NCBI GenBank assembly: GCA_028534125.1
Contig: CM052817.1
Coordinates: 40,550,001 to 40,614,000 of the forward strand
Origin: Lama glama
Lineage: Eukaryota
DNA: 64,000 bases
Direction: 5' to 3'
The notes beneath the pieces are model-generated. The model worked only from the letters and a program-made list of their open reading frames with translations, was not told where the DNA came from and searched no databases. Numbering within the stretch: position 1 is the stretch's first letter; the number at the start of each line of letters is the position of its first letter. Shown here piece by piece: positions 28,331 through 41,229 of the stretch. A program made the translations under genes and the position numbers.

Positions 28331-29156
28331 GCTATGAATGTTTATTTTTGAGGGTATATATTCCAAATTAATTTAATTTATTTTCTGATTTAACCAATTC
28401 CAAAGAGAAATATTTAACATGCTTGGGTCAGACTATATTGGATTAAAATCTGCATTATTATATATAATAATATATAATATATAATAAAAATACGTATTTT
28501 CTACTCTGTCCTCGATTGCATGGGTTTTGTGCTGAATTTGGACTTTTATTATCTTTTTGGCCTTCAGAGTTGTGCTGATTTCTTGAGTAAGTAGGCAGGG
28601 CAACTATTGCTTGGGGTTAGGACCCAAAATTCTTATAAGTGCTATTTTTATTTTTGATCAAATGTCAGCCAGCTTCTCATGAGTTGCCTGCTAATAAACT
28701 TGCACTACTTTCAAGTAGAGGATGTGAGGAAAAACAAAAGATGGGGAATTTAATTTTTCGTAAGCAAACAAATCAGAAAAACCTTGCTCAAAAAGCAAGT
28801 GAACAATACAGCACTTTGGGAATGAAAAAGAAGAAAAGAAGACTGTCTAGAGGTTGGTTTGTAGGGTAACTTATCCAGCAGTTTTTTCTGAGTGGACTCA
28901 CCAGGGATGGCTAGGTCTTTCTTTGTGAAGTGAAAAGCCCTGAGAATTCTGGGCTGGAAATGTTGGCAGATGATTTTATCTGTCCAGAACTCAAATTTCC
29001 ACTTTTATTCTGAGCTTAGAAGACTGATGTGGTTAACATCACTGAAGTCTCTCGGGACTTCTTGATGTACAATGCTTTATTCTAGAAGAGAGCCTTTGAT
29101 CTCAGATAGTAGTATACTGTGGATAAAAAGGGGTAGAGGCACTCATAAAACCCACT

Positions 29157-29320
29157 GGGGGGTGGGAGGGTATAGCTCAGCAGCAGAGCACATGCTTAGC
29201 ATGCCCGAGGTCCTGAGTTCAATGCCCAGTACCTCGATTAAAATAAATAAATAAGTAAGCCTAATTACCTCCCCCTCCAAAATAAGTCATTAGAAAATTT
29301 TAAAACAAAACAAAAAACCA
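29157..29320 (+). mobile_element. Vic-1-like SINE, long-tail form
   Basis: gggagggtatagctcagcagcagagcacatgcttagcatgcccgaggtcctgagttcaatgcccagtacctc + aaataaataa..cctaattacctcccc + A-rich tail. Confidence 0.85.
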
Positions 29321-29624
29321 TCAGCACAAATATATATGTGCTTTTCTCTCCTCTGGCACAAGTATAACTCCTGTCAATGACTAGTTGTGATATGCATTCC
29401 TTAAAATAAACTGCTGATTCAATAATGAGAAACATCATTTTAACCAATCAAAATTATATGATAAACCAAAGAATCCTATAAGCTAAGCCAGGAAGTAGAA
29501 AACCTCAGCTAATACGTTCTCCTTTGAAATTTTATTCTTTCTTTTTGCTCACAAATATTTATATTTCTAAAAGCATAACAAAAGGCACTTATAAACATAC
29601 TAAAATGAGCAACTGCCTCTATTC

Positions 29625-30685
29625 ATTTTTTATAATAACTTTGTTGAGTAATAATTCATATATCCTACCATTCACTCCTTTAAAGTGTACAGTGGTTTTT
29701 AGTGTATTCACAAACTGTACAACCATTACCACAGTCAACTTTAGAATATTTTTATTACCCCCCCAAAACAAATCCCATACTCATTAGCAATCACTTCCCA
29801 TTCTTCCAACTTCCAGCCCCAGGCAACCATTACTCTCCTTTCTATCTTTATAGATTTGCCTATCCTGGGCATTTCATATACATGGAATCATACAATCTGC
29901 AGCTTTTTGTTGCTAGCTTCTTTCACTTAGTGTAATGTTTCCCAGATTCACCCATTTTGTAGCAGGTATCAGTATTTTATTCGTTTTTATTGCTGAATAA
30001 TATTCCATTGCACAGTATGCAAAAAAAGTGTTAACACAGCCAAGACTGAGACTACTATCCTTAGAAAGTCCTGCTTGCAAAGTTGGCCCTTGGTGTCTGA
30101 GAACTTGAACTTGGGGAGATCCCAACTAGTCTGTAACTGATAAGAATGGTTTACTGTGGCTTAACTGTTTGCGTAAGCATTGTGGTATATGCTGATCACC
30201 TGCTTTCCTTCTGGGAGTCTGGAATCTTGGTACATACACAGCAGATGATGCCTACATGATCATTGCCCAATAAAAACCTTAGGCACTGAGTTTCTAATGA
30301 GCTTTCCTGGTAGACAACATTTCACACATTTTGTCACAATTTTTGCTGAAAGAGTTAAGCTCATCCTGTGTGACTTCACTGGGAGAAGACTCTTGGAAGC
30401 TTGCACCTGGTTTCCTCTGGACTTTGCTCCATGCATCTTTTTTCTTTGCTGATTTTGTTTTGTATCCTTTTGTTGTGTTCAGTTTTAACCATGAGTATGA
30501 TTATATACCAAATCCTGTGAATCCTTAGTAATGAATCATCAAATATAAGGGTCATCTTAAGATATACCACATTTTACTTATTCATTCAGTAGTTGATGAA
30601 AGCTTGAGTTATTTCCACTTTCTGGCTATTATGAACAATGATGCTATAAGCATTCATGCACAACTTTTTGTGTAGACTTATGTTT
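29625..30685 (-). mobile_element. Old L1 (L1MB-like) 3' end split by an LTR
   Basis: cctttaaagtgtacagtggtttttagtgtattcaca..cccaggcaaccattactct..gaataatattccattg, resuming after the LTR with ataccacattttacttattcattc..ggctattatgaacaatg. Confidence 0.8.
30030..30562 (+). mobile_element. ERVL solo LTR (MER68-like)
   Basis: actatccttagaaagtcctgcttgcaaagttggcccttgg..cccaataaaaaccttaggcactgag..gggagaagactcttggaagcttgcacctgg. Confidence 0.7.
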
Positions 30686-30703
30686 GACTTTTTGCCAGTT
30701 ATT

Positions 30704-31410
30704 GTTGTATATTAAAGAATTGGACTGGCCTTTGTCACTGGTTTCTAGCTAAATTCTTGGAATTTCCCAACTAATTGGAATGTTTTTGTTTCTCTTGAGC
30801 CCCTTGAATCACAGCTGATTTTATGCTAACAGGTGACTCGTGGTGGATCCGGAGAGAGCTTTAGAAGGGGTCCTGGTCACGTGATTGGAGGTTTCGGACT
30901 CTGAGTCATGTGATAGTAGCCCAACCGCCTGGCCTCTAGAAGTGGAGGAGGGCTGGAGATTGAGTTTATTCACATGGCCAATGATTCGATCAGTAATGCA
31001 TACAGAATGAAACTCTGCTAAAAACTCTGAACACTGAATCTCAGTGGAAGCTTCCTGGGGATGAACACATTCATGTGTTGAGGGTGATGTGCCCCAAGAG
31101 GAGACAGAGGCTCTGCCTGTGGGACTCTCCTATACTTCACCCCATGTGTTTCTTCATTTGGCTGGTTCTAATTTGTATACTTTACATTAAAACTATATAG
31201 TGTTTTCCCAAGTTCTGTGAGTCATTCTAGTGAATTAACAAACTTGAGGGCGACATGAGTACTCCCAAATTTGTGTTCAGCAAAGCCAGGAGAATGAGTG
31301 GCCTGAGGACCCCTGAACCTGCATCTGGCATCTGTTTTTAGGACTTATGCCTTTAACCTGCGGCGTCTAACACTAACTCAGGGTGGTTCATCCAAATTGT
31401 ACTGCAGTAC
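30704..31410 (+). mobile_element. ERVL solo LTR (MER21/MER77-like)
   Basis: ggagggctggagattgagtt..atggccaatgattcgatca..ttcatttggctggttct..agttctgtgagtcattctag..ctttaacctgcggcgtct. Confidence 0.65.
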
Positions 31411-31934
31411 ACAGGTACGTACCTAACAAGGACATTCCTGGGCCACATGATCTCTGTTCCTTTTGTATGTGTTTTTCCCTAACCAAAAGTATTTTGATAA
31501 ACTTACCAAATCATGTTTGGTAGATGTTCCAAGCATTTTTTTCTCTTCAGACACTTCAGAAATAAACTCTTCCAACCATCATTTTTTTAGATGATGGAAA
31601 CAAGACAGATGAGTGAACCAAGGCCCAGGAGGGTTTAAAAATATAAAAGCAGGGCTGTGCTTTTGATTGGTAGTTCAGAACTGACTGCTTTTACTGCTGT
31701 TGTTCAGGCAATATTAAAACTTAAATAAATTTCATCAGAAATAGGCATATTTAAAACAAATTTGCCAGTTATTCCAACTCTTCTACTAGACAGATGAGAA
31801 AAACAGGGCATAGCCAAATAAAGTGACAAGTCTACAATGGTAAACCCTAGGTCTACATTTACAAAACTTTATGAAAAGGTATATTAATGTAAAAAATACA
31901 AAATACAAAAAGAGATGTATTTAAACTGTTGGGG

Positions 31935-31990
31935 TGTGTGTGTGAGAGAGAAAGAGAGGGAGAGACAGAAAGACAGAGAGGAAGAGAGAG
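31935..31990. repeat. Compound (TG)n-(GA)n imperfect microsatellite
   Basis: gtgtgtgtgtgagagagaaagagagggagagacagaaagacagagaggaagagagag. Confidence 0.85.
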
Positions 31991-32292
31991 ATGGGCTGGT
32001 TAGGAACACTCCAAACCTGTGATCAGATTGAATTTCTCATAGATTTTTGTCTTTGATCTTCATACATGGCACATAGCATGTATCCAGGATCCAAAAAGTC
32101 ATTTAATACTTTAACTTTATGTACCAGCTACCTGTTGAGAAATTCAACATTATGGGCTTCTGTTTATGGTAAAAACATTTACAAAGACATCATTTTTAAA
32201 AGTGTCTTCTATGATCAAACCAGTAATGTGTTGAGTCTTTGGCTATATGTAAGACCTATGCAATCCATAATCACCAAATGAGTGAAGGAGCA

Positions 32293-32457
32293 GAATGTTG
32301 TAGGAAGATCACTGTCCTGAGTATCAGAAGCTCTGGTTTGTAGTCTAACTCTGAACTTTGTGAATAACCGTCAACAAGGCATTTAGCCTCCTGTCCTCAT
32401 TTTCTCCATCTGCAAAATGAGTGGCTCAGACTAGATGATCTTTAATAGCTCTTCTTC
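32293..32457 (+). mobile_element. MIR-family SINE
   Basis: Core ..agcctcctgtcctcattttctccatctgcaaaatgag..gactagatgatcttt. Confidence 0.7.
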
Positions 32458-32465
32458 TCTCACAC

Positions 32466-33028
32466 TTTTTTTAAATTGAAATATAGTCAGTTACAGCATA
32501 ATGTTTCAATCATACATATATATACATATATTTTCATATTCTTTTTCATTATAGGTTACAGCAACTTATTGAATATAGTTTCCTATGCTATACAGAAGAA
32601 ATTTGTTTTTTTATCTATTTTATATATAGTAGTTAATATTTGCAAATCTCGAACTTCCAATTTATCCCCTCCCTTCTCCTTTCCCCCTGGTAACCATAAG
32701 TTTGTTTACTATGTTTGAGTCTGTTTCTGTTTTGTAGATAAGTTCATTAGTGTCTTTTTTCCCCCTTTTTTTAGATTCCACATATAAGTGACATCATATG
32801 GTATTTTTCTTTCTCTTTCTGGCTTACTTCACTTAGTATGATGATTTCCAGGTCCATCCATGTTGCTGCAAATGGCATTATTTTATTATTTTTTATGGCT
32901 GAGTAGTATTCCATTGTATAAATATACCACAGCTTCTTTATCTGGTCCTCTGTTGATGGACATTTAGGTCGTTTCCATGTCTTGGCTATTGTAAATACTG
33001 CTGCTATGAACATTGGGGTGCATGTGTC
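32466..33028 (-). mobile_element. L1 3' end (ORF2 C-terminus plus 3' UTR), relatively young
   Basis: Minus-strand ORF TCTPMFIAAVFTIAKTWKRPKCPS..LWYIYTMEYYSAIKNNKIMPFAATWMDLEIIILSEVSQ, the classic L1 ORF2 C-terminus. Confidence 0.93.
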
Positions 33029-33222
33029 ATAATGTTGCATGACCTCTGTCACATTCATGCATTAGAGATTTTTCTACTTTCTTAGGTTTTAAATTTTGGT
33101 TTCAAATATCTCTTTGTTTCTTGTACCTTATTTCTTTTTTGTGTTCAATTTTCTTCTTTGTGAAGCTGAGATAAGCACATTATATCTGAAAAAAGTGGAC
33201 TTTAAGGGATTAAAAGGAACAA

Positions 33223-33694
33223 TATAGAGGGTTCAGGGCAGGCTGCCCCAGAAGGTGCCACTTTGGCATGTGAATTATTTCCAGCTGAAGATAATCAAGG
33301 CCCAGGAGACTCAGGAAAGCCTTGTTTTAAACCTTCCCCTTAGTTGCCTTAAAGAATTTAGGTAGGGCGTCTATACCAGGAAGAGAGTAATTACCAGAGA
33401 CAACTTTTTATATTAGAAGGACTTTATCTGCATGGCAAGGCAAACATTTGCTCTTTTCATCTTCCTATGAATTGACTTCCTGCCCTTTGAGGCCCCAGAC
33501 TCCCATCCCTTTCTTAACTCAGGATATATATAAGCCTCAACTGCCTGATTACATTAGAGTCTCATGTCTTATGGGGATCCTATACATACAAAATTAAATT
33601 TGTTTTTCTCCTGTTAATTTGTTTTATGTCCCTTTAATTATTAGAGCAGTCAACAAACTTGGAAGGGAAAAAAAGAAAGTTTTTCCTCCCTCAC
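33223..33694 (+). mobile_element. ERV1 solo LTR (MER34-like)
   Basis: gccactttggcatgtgaattatttccagctgaag..tatataagcctc..aaattaaatttgtttttctcctgttaatttg..tttttcctccctcaca end. Confidence 0.7.
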
Positions 33695-34149
33695 AAGTAC
33701 ATAGTGAGGAAAGGTTGATAAGGTTGATGGAGACTATTTATCAAATGATGCTCTGGGGCAACTGGACATCAATAGGCCAAAAAACAGGACCTCAACCTAC
33801 ACTTCACAACTTATGCAAAAATTAATTCAAAACTGATTATAGACTTAAATGTAAAACATGAAACTTTCAGACAAAAATATAGGAGAAAATCTTTGGGAAC
33901 TAAGCTTGATACCAAAAGCACAATTCATAAAAGGAAAAACTGATAAACTGGACCTCATCAAAATTAAAATTTTGTTCTGGGAAAGCTTCTGTGAAGAGGA
34001 TGAAAAGACAAGATACAAACTTGGAGAAAATACTTGCAAGCCACGCAAAAGAAAAAGGACTAGTACTTAGAATATATAAAGACCATTTGAAAGTTCAGTC
34101 ATAAAAAAATGAAGAATTAAGTTAGACTATGGGCAAAAGACAGAATGGT

Positions 34150-35320
34150 ATTGTGGTTTTTTCCATTTTTTAAATTTGTAGTATCGTCAATTTACAATGT
34201 TGTGTCAATTTCTGATGTACAGCATGTTCAGTCAGATGTGTACATACATATATTCCTTCATATTCTTTTTCATTATAGGTTACTATAAGATATTGAGTAC
34301 AGTTCCTGGCACATAATTCCCAAACCCTTGTAATTTCCTAAGTGATTAGAGCAATAGGGACATCTTTTGTTGTAATAATTAGTTGTTTGTCTTTAGTTTC
34401 TGAAATAGCTTTAGAGCAGTAAAGAAAATATATGTCTTTTGTTATTCATAAAAACTCCCTTTCACATCCCCACCCTGTGTATGTTAATGAGGTGATTTTC
34501 GGAAAGCCCCTAGATAACCACATGATAGAAGGTGGTTGTCAGAGGAACCACCCATGCGATTAGAGGGTTAGAACTTTTGCCCACCTCCTCATCTCTGCAG
34601 TGGGGAGAGGGGCTGGAGGCTGAATTAATCACTAGTGATCACTGAATGAATCAATCATGCCTACATAAGAAGGCCTCCATAAAAACCCAAAAGAACGAGG
34701 TTTGGGAGCTTCTAGGTGGGTGAAAACACAGATGCTGGGAGAAAGATGCGTTCAGAGATGTCATGGAAGCTCTGTGCCCCTTCCCCCATACTTTGTCCTA
34801 TATGTCTCTTCCATCTGGCTGTTCCTGAGTTGTATCCTTTTATAATAAACTGGTGATCTAGTAAGTAAAACTGTTCTCCTGTGAGTTTTGTGAGCTGCCC
34901 TAGCAAATTAATGAAACCTGAGGAGGGAGTTGGTGGAAACTCTGATTTATACTTGTTAGTCAGAAGAATAGGTAAAGATCTGGACCTGCAATTGGCATCT
35001 GAAGTGGGGAAGGGTGGGCAGTCTTGTGGGTCTGAATCCTTAACCTGTGGGATCTGATGCTATGTCCAGGTAGACTGTCAGAATTGAGTTAAATGATAGC
35101 ATACCCAGCTGGTGTTGGCAGAATCTGAGATCTGCATGGTGTTGGGGAAAAACCCATACACCTCTGGTCACAGAAGTGTTATGAATATAAGTAAAGGAGG
35201 AAATAGAGATTTTTTTCCATCAGAGTTGGTGTCAGAAGTGTTGTAGAGTGGAATGTTTAAGTGTGAGTGTAGCATTACTAGAGTAGAAGAGAAACACAGA
35301 GTGAGTTTTCCCTATAAATA
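34150..35320 (+). mobile_element. ERVL solo LTR (MER21-like), itself carrying a short minus-strand L1 tail at about 34165-34305
   Basis: aaacccttgtaatttcctaagtga..gattagagggttagaacttt..ggggagaggggctggagg..aatcaatcatgcctac..ccatctggctgttcctgagttgtatcctttt..ttggtgtcagaagtg. Confidence 0.7.
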
Positions 35321-35929
35321 TGCATAGATATTTCACCGAAGGTGGTGTGCAAAGGCAAATAAACACATGAAAAGATGTATTAGATCCTTAACCATCAGGA
35401 AATGCAAATTAAAACCACGAGATATCACTATACACCTACCAGAATGGCTGAAATAATAAATAGTGATAATACCAAATACTGGCGAGGATGCTAGGAAAAG
35501 TGCACCATCAGACAATTTTGAGAGCGTAAAATGGTACAGGCACCCTGGGAAACAGTTTGGCAGTTTTCTATAAAACAAAACATGCAAGTAGCATCTAACC
35601 CAGCAATTACATGCTTGGGCATTTATTCTAAAGAAACGAAAATTTATTCATCCAAAAACCTGTACATGAATGTTCATAGCAGCTTTACTTGTAATAGCCC
35701 CAAAGTGGAAATTGCCCAGATGTCCTTCAACAGCTGAGTGGTTTAAACAGTGTCATGCATCTATGTCATGGGATATCACTCAACAGTAAAAGGAACAAAC
35801 TATTGATATAGACCACCTGTATTCAGGTGGGGATGGATCCAACCTGTGAATGGATCCCCAGAGAATTAGACTGAGTGAAAAAAAAATCCCAAAAAGTAAC
35901 AGCGTGATTCCTTTATGAATTATTTTGAA

Positions 35930-36017
35930 TTTTTTTTTAATGGTGGTACTGGGGATTGAACCCAGGACCTCCTGCATGCTAGGCATGCACTCTACCACTG
36001 AACTATTTCCCTCCCCT
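35930..36017 (-). mobile_element. Vic-1-like SINE
   Basis: ggtactggggattgaacccaggacctcctgcatgctaggcatgcactctaccactgaactatttccctcccc; imperfect TSD ctttatg(aat/taa)tattttgaa either side. Confidence 0.88.
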
Positions 36018-37335
36018 ACTTTATGTAATATTTTGAAATGATAAACTTTAGAAATGGAGACAGCTTAGTGGCTCAGGGGTTAGGGATGGGAGATGGGTGT
36101 TATGAAAGGGGAGCACAAGGTGCTGGAATTGTTTAGTGTCTTGACTATAATGGTGGACTACATAAACCCACACACATGACAAAACTGTGTAATGTACACA
36201 GAGCAAAACTGGGGAAATGTGAAGATATGTGGCTTGTATTAACGTCAGTTTCCTGGTTGTGATTTATATGGTAGTTTGAAAAATGTTGCCATTGGAGGAA
36301 ACTGGGTAAAATGTATGAGGGATCTATTTATTTCTTACAACTGTATGTGAATCTAAAATGATCTCAATAAAAAATTCAAATAAAGAAAAAAAAGTTTGGT
36401 GGAATTGTTTTCATAATTCTTATGGTACAAAGGTTATTGAAATAGGACATTAACCTTAAAAAAAATCTACTCTTACATGGCAAATAAAATTACCGTATGC
36501 AGTCAGCCTTTCACCTTTTGTTTATGCAATATTGGACATTCAGTCATCTAGGCTAAAAGCTGTGATAATAGGAAAATTTACAAAATATCTTACAACATTC
36601 TCTGTAGACAGATTAAGAAGTCACTGAAGAAACTTTCTCAGTGTAAGTAAAGAAGAGTGAAGACTGAAAAAGGGGGAAGGATGTGAGTCATTTCCAAAAA
36701 TTAAAAACAAAATTTCTTTTTTGATCAACTTAGATGTTTGCTTCTAAAGGCGAACAGACTGGCAGCTAGCAGGCCAATGTGAAGCTCTGATCATACACTG
36801 TATAGAGTGACTTTAAACCACAATGATAAAGTTATCATAGTGACATAGTGTTTGAAGTTATGAGTATACCTCATCTATGGATAAAGTCACTCAGAAAGGG
36901 ATCTATAGTAGGAAGAGAAGAGGACCAAGGCAAAAATTGGGAGGAATAACGGAGTTTAAAGAGAGGGCAGACCAGAACGTGAGTGGGAGAATTCAAGAAC
37001 AGTGGTACTACTCTAAAGTTTGTATTTCTATTTTTGGAGAGTGGGAATGGGTTAGGTGAGAGTAAAGAGGACCTTCTCTTTTCACTCTATATTCTTCTGT
37101 TTGGATCGTTAAGAGTGAAACTGTATTTGCTTATTATTTGTGTATTTTAATATTACTTTAAAGTAAAAATAAGCATATAGTACAAAATAAAATAATGAAG
37201 CTTGGCAAGTGGTAGACAGTGAAGGATACTGGTTCCTACACTCAGAGATAAGAGCTGTCATACTGTTAGGGTCTGTGCTGGCCCTATCATGCTGCTTGCC
37301 GCACAAGAGACCATAATGAAGTGTTTGTTAACTGA

Positions 37336-37810
37336 GTGATGCTTGAGAACTTCCTGAGGAAGTGCAGAGGCAGCCTCAGTCCCTGCTGTGGCCCACGGAG
37401 AGGTATGTGGTCTTCCTAAAGTATCTTGTTGGAAGGTGACAGAAGGCCTATGTCTCAACACACTTGAGAGTCACCACTTGCCTTTATGGATTTGTTGGGG
37501 GAAGGCTATCCTTCCTTTGCATAAGAGAACTAGGATGTACATTAAGGAATTTTGAAGTGCAAGGCCAGAAGATGGAAGTATTTAGACGTACAAACAGCAT
37601 TCGCAACAGTGTTTTCAACAGAAGGTTGGCAATGGAAAGGAAGAACGATACGGTATGCGGATGCTTAGCTTTGTAGAATTGGGTTTCCTGAATGACATCT
37701 TTGGATAATAAAAACTAGTATCTTGGTTAGGGATAGCCTGCATCTCTAAAGAACTAGGGGTAAACAGATTTTTTCCAGAAATATACCAAACTGATAAAGA
37801 GGGCTTTTTT
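37336..37810 (+). mobile_element. Fossil CR1/L3 LINE ORF1 esterase (SGNH-like) region
   Basis: Manual translation across frameshifts gives, in order: HGEVCGLPKVSCWKVTEGL (37394-37450), LRNFEVQGQKME, VQTAFATVFSTEG, ADA*LCR, LGFLND, LVRDSLHL*RTRGKQIFSR, KLIKRAF. These are colinear with recalled CR1 ORF1 motifs REVCCLPGA.., RDFEALG, AQVVFSSILPV, NAWL, FGFLDH, DGLHLS..GK.IF, LIKRALN. Confidence 0.7.
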
Positions 37811-39881
37811 GAAGGATGGAGGAAAAATCCAGATTAATGCTAAATCTGTACATAATGGAAGGCAAAATGACATAGAATAACAATGAACAGAAATCTGAAG
37901 CTTTAAAGTTATCATGAGATGGTATTTGAAGCTATGAGCATAGATGAGATCACTCTGTTCTCGTCTTGGCTACTTCCTGCCAATTACTCTGCAATTGCTT
38001 GGGTGTTTTTCATAGGTTTCAGGTTTGAGGTCTTCCACAGTCAGTGAGGCCAGCGCTCAGCAGAGATGGGAATGAAGGGGGCTGACAGACCTCTGAAAAG
38101 GGCCCACATTAGCAGTACTTTGGTATGCCCACCGCAAACCAAGGTCTGGTCTCAGATTTCCAGGTACAGTTTCTGCCACTGTAAACACACAAGACGCCAC
38201 TGCACAAACCAAAATGCCAATTTATTAATTTATGAATGAACAAACTTAGGGACAAGGGAAGTTTCCTTTCCAGTGGCCTGAACATGTATGGCTGCCATGA
38301 AGGAGAATACCAACCTCATATGAGGTTGAATTATTAATCAAAGGGTGATTAACTCAGAATAAATTTCCAAAAAAGGTGAACAGTAATCTTGAGGGATGCA
38401 AAATGGTAAAGTCTGATTTTTTCCAACCCTACAAAAGAGAACTTCTTCACTAAGTTACTAAGTTAGGAATTTCTTTTTGGAATTTCAAACTGGAGAACAC
38501 TAGGTAATCACTGCAGTGTTATTTTTATAGTATATCTATTATATTATACTTGGTAGAATATTAGGCAGCCATTACAATTTTAGCTATGAAGATTATGCAG
38601 CAACATAGGAAATACATCGGCATAATATCTGATGAAAAAAGTAGGATATGCAATTTTACTGTTTCAAAGTAAACACATTAGGGGAAAAAAACTGACATGA
38701 AACACATCAAAATGCTCAGAGTGGTTATATTAGGAAGGTAGTCTTATGAGTTATTTTTTTTCTTTACTTTTATTGCTCTTCAAATTGAATAAGGTTTTTT
38801 TAATGATTAAAAAAATACAGCTGGATTATATGTAATGACTACTGCTTTTTTCTTCGCAACTCGCCCAAATTTGCATGCAGTCACTAAATAACCATCCAGC
38901 CTCGGTTCAATTATTTTTTTTTTCCCCTTACAGAACTGGTTATTATACTAGATTAGTAAAATGCTATAGGCACAGTATATTCTGATTTCAGCATAGCATT
39001 TGATATATCTCTGCTCTTGATCAAAGTTCTTTGGATTACAGTAACAAAAATGTACTCAGATTTGCTCATGTAAAATGTGAATCTTGGGGACAGGAGAATT
39101 GCATATAACCCAAGGGAGGAAGTTCAGCCGAGGACAGAAGTCAGTGATTGGTGTATCATGAAGAATCAAGGTAGATGCCATCTGCAGCTTGTCAGAACCA
39201 CGTGGCCTCTGGTCCCTTGTTCTTTCTACACATCTGTTCATCCATTTATCCTTCTCTCCCTTCACACTCAAAATTTATGTTCTCAGCTTCTCCGAGTCAC
39301 ATGGCGCACAAAGGCTGTTCAATCCTATAATCAAATTTTCCCCTAATTCCAGTCCTCTGGCCAAACGCTTACAGACCCAGTATCCTAATTTCAATTCAAT
39401 TTCAACTCCTAGGAGAGAAAATCCAATTGACCAGTTTGGGTCAGGTGTTCACCTTGGACTTGGTTTTGGCAGTGGAGGTGGAGGTGGGGTCATATAATAC
39501 AAATTTGGCTGCAAATGGGCCACCCTTGGTTGCGGAGAGAGTTCAGAGAAAGGAGTCATGGCTTGGCAGACAACTCAAAACGTATTTACTCCCTGGATTT
39601 CTCATGAGTCCTCGGCAACAGGATGGAGCAAGAGTTGGTTGAATAGACAAGAAGGTATATTGTAACTGGTTAACTGACCACACCCACAGAAGATAAATCA
39701 GGGTAAATCAGGGACCCTCTGCCTAAGGTTTCTGAAGGGCGTGGCTTCCAGCTCTTCTGCGTAGATCTCCAGTAGCTTCCACTAAGGCTTTATCTGGGCT
39801 CTGTCCTGATCAACATTTTTATTAAAGTCTTGGATTTCCTGGGTCTAGGGAATTTGCATTTCTACTTTCCCTAATATTCTT

Positions 39882-40042
39882 TTTAAAATTATTTATTTAT
39901 TTTATTATTATTGGGGGAGGAAGGTAGGTGATCAGGTTTGTTTGTTTGTTTGTTTGTTTAATGGCAGTACCGGGGATTGAACCCAGGACTTTGTGCCTGC
40001 TAAGCATGCACTCTATCACTTGAGCTATACCCTGCCCTCTTA
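39882..40042 (-). mobile_element. Vic-1-like SINE, long-tail form with (TTTG)n, 15-bp TSD
   Basis: TSD TTCCCTAATATTCTT at 39867-39881 and 40043-40057; tRNA-like head at the right end. Confidence 0.9.
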
Positions 40043-40779
40043 TTCCCTAATATTCTTAAATCTTCTCTACATCCACCCCTGTCAACACCAATGACAGATT
40101 TCTTAACGGACATAAATGGAAGGAATCAGAACTCATTATCTGTTTATCATCAAACCTATCAATTTACCTGCATCTGTACTCATGTAATCTCCCTTCCCTC
40201 CTATGAGGCAGATGGATCACCTTTACTCTACCTTGCGTGTTGGATTCCACCTTCTCTTACCCACTTAAGAACTTGGCTTCTGCAATTACCTCCCCATTTC
40301 TACCCTACATCACCAGTTTTCATCTTTCTATTGGATCATTATCATCATCATACGAGCACAGTATGATACTGAGAAAAAAAATCAGCCCTCACAAACAGAG
40401 CTATATGTCACCTAGACTGCCAGTTAGCCATAAAGTTAAACTAACAGTAGACTAAAAAAACTTTTATGTTCTGGTCCTCTTGAACAAATACTGTACCCCC
40501 TTTGGGAAATGTTTTAGCAATCTTTACAAATAGCTTTCCAAATTTGTTTAAACTATGTTCAACACCATAGAATATTATGCAATGTACTTGCTTCCCTGGG
40601 GTCTTGCAGGATATGAGTGCAGTTATTAGTCTAGAAGCAGTGAAATGAGAAGTGCTAAGTATGGGTCTTGAGGAGAATCAACATTGCTCTGCAAAACACC
40701 TACTGCAGGATAGGTCATGACAGGTTCCTCAGGCAAGGGGAGGCTAATCCCCAGACAGTAAATAGATGGGCCAGATTTC

Positions 40780-41229
40780 AATTGCTGCTGTCACAAATTG
40801 CCACAAATTTATAGGCTTAAAACAACACAAATTTATTATCTTACAGCTCTGGAGTCTCACTGGACTAAATAAGGAGTCACCAGGGCTGCATTCCTTCTGA
40901 AGGCTTTACGGGAGATTTTCATTCTTTGCCTTTTCTAGCCGCTAGAGGCCACATGCATTCCTTGGCACGTGGTCCCCTTCCTTCGTCCTCAAAGCCAGCG
41001 GTATATATTTCAAATCTCTCTTTCTGCCGCTGACCCTCTTGCCTCCCTCTTATAAGGACTCTTGTGACTATACTGGGGGCACCTGGATAGTCCAGGACAA
41101 TCTTCCAATTTCAAGAGCCTTAATTGAATCAAAGCTGCACAATCCCTTTTGCTTTGTAAGGCAACACAGTTACAGGTTTTGGAGATTAGGATGTGTACAT
41201 CTTTGGGGCCCATTACTGTGCCTACCACA
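40780..41229 (-). mobile_element. MaLR solo LTR (MLT1B/C-like)
   Basis: gctgctgtcacaaattgccacaaa..ggcttaaaacaacacaaatttatt..ttataaggactcttgtgac..gattaggatgtgtacatctttgggg..ctaccaca. Confidence 0.8.

Larger units (their letters stand above)
33735..36392 (+). mobile_element. Old L1 ORF2 3' end / 3' UTR interrupted by an LTR (34150-35320) and a SINE (35930-36017)
   Basis: KTDKLDLIKIK-type ORF2 remnant; tgggcaaaagac..[insert]..agatatttcaccgaag..gaaatgcaaattaaaaccac..; ends aataaaaaattcaaataaagaaaaaaaa. Confidence 0.8.

Noticed and set aside
36828..37955. Two similar 50-60 nt segments (aaagttatcat..tttgaagYtatgagYata..tcactc) flanking the CR1 relic
   Set aside because: Both resemble the same L2 consensus segment; I cannot tell local duplication from independent L2 fragments by eye.
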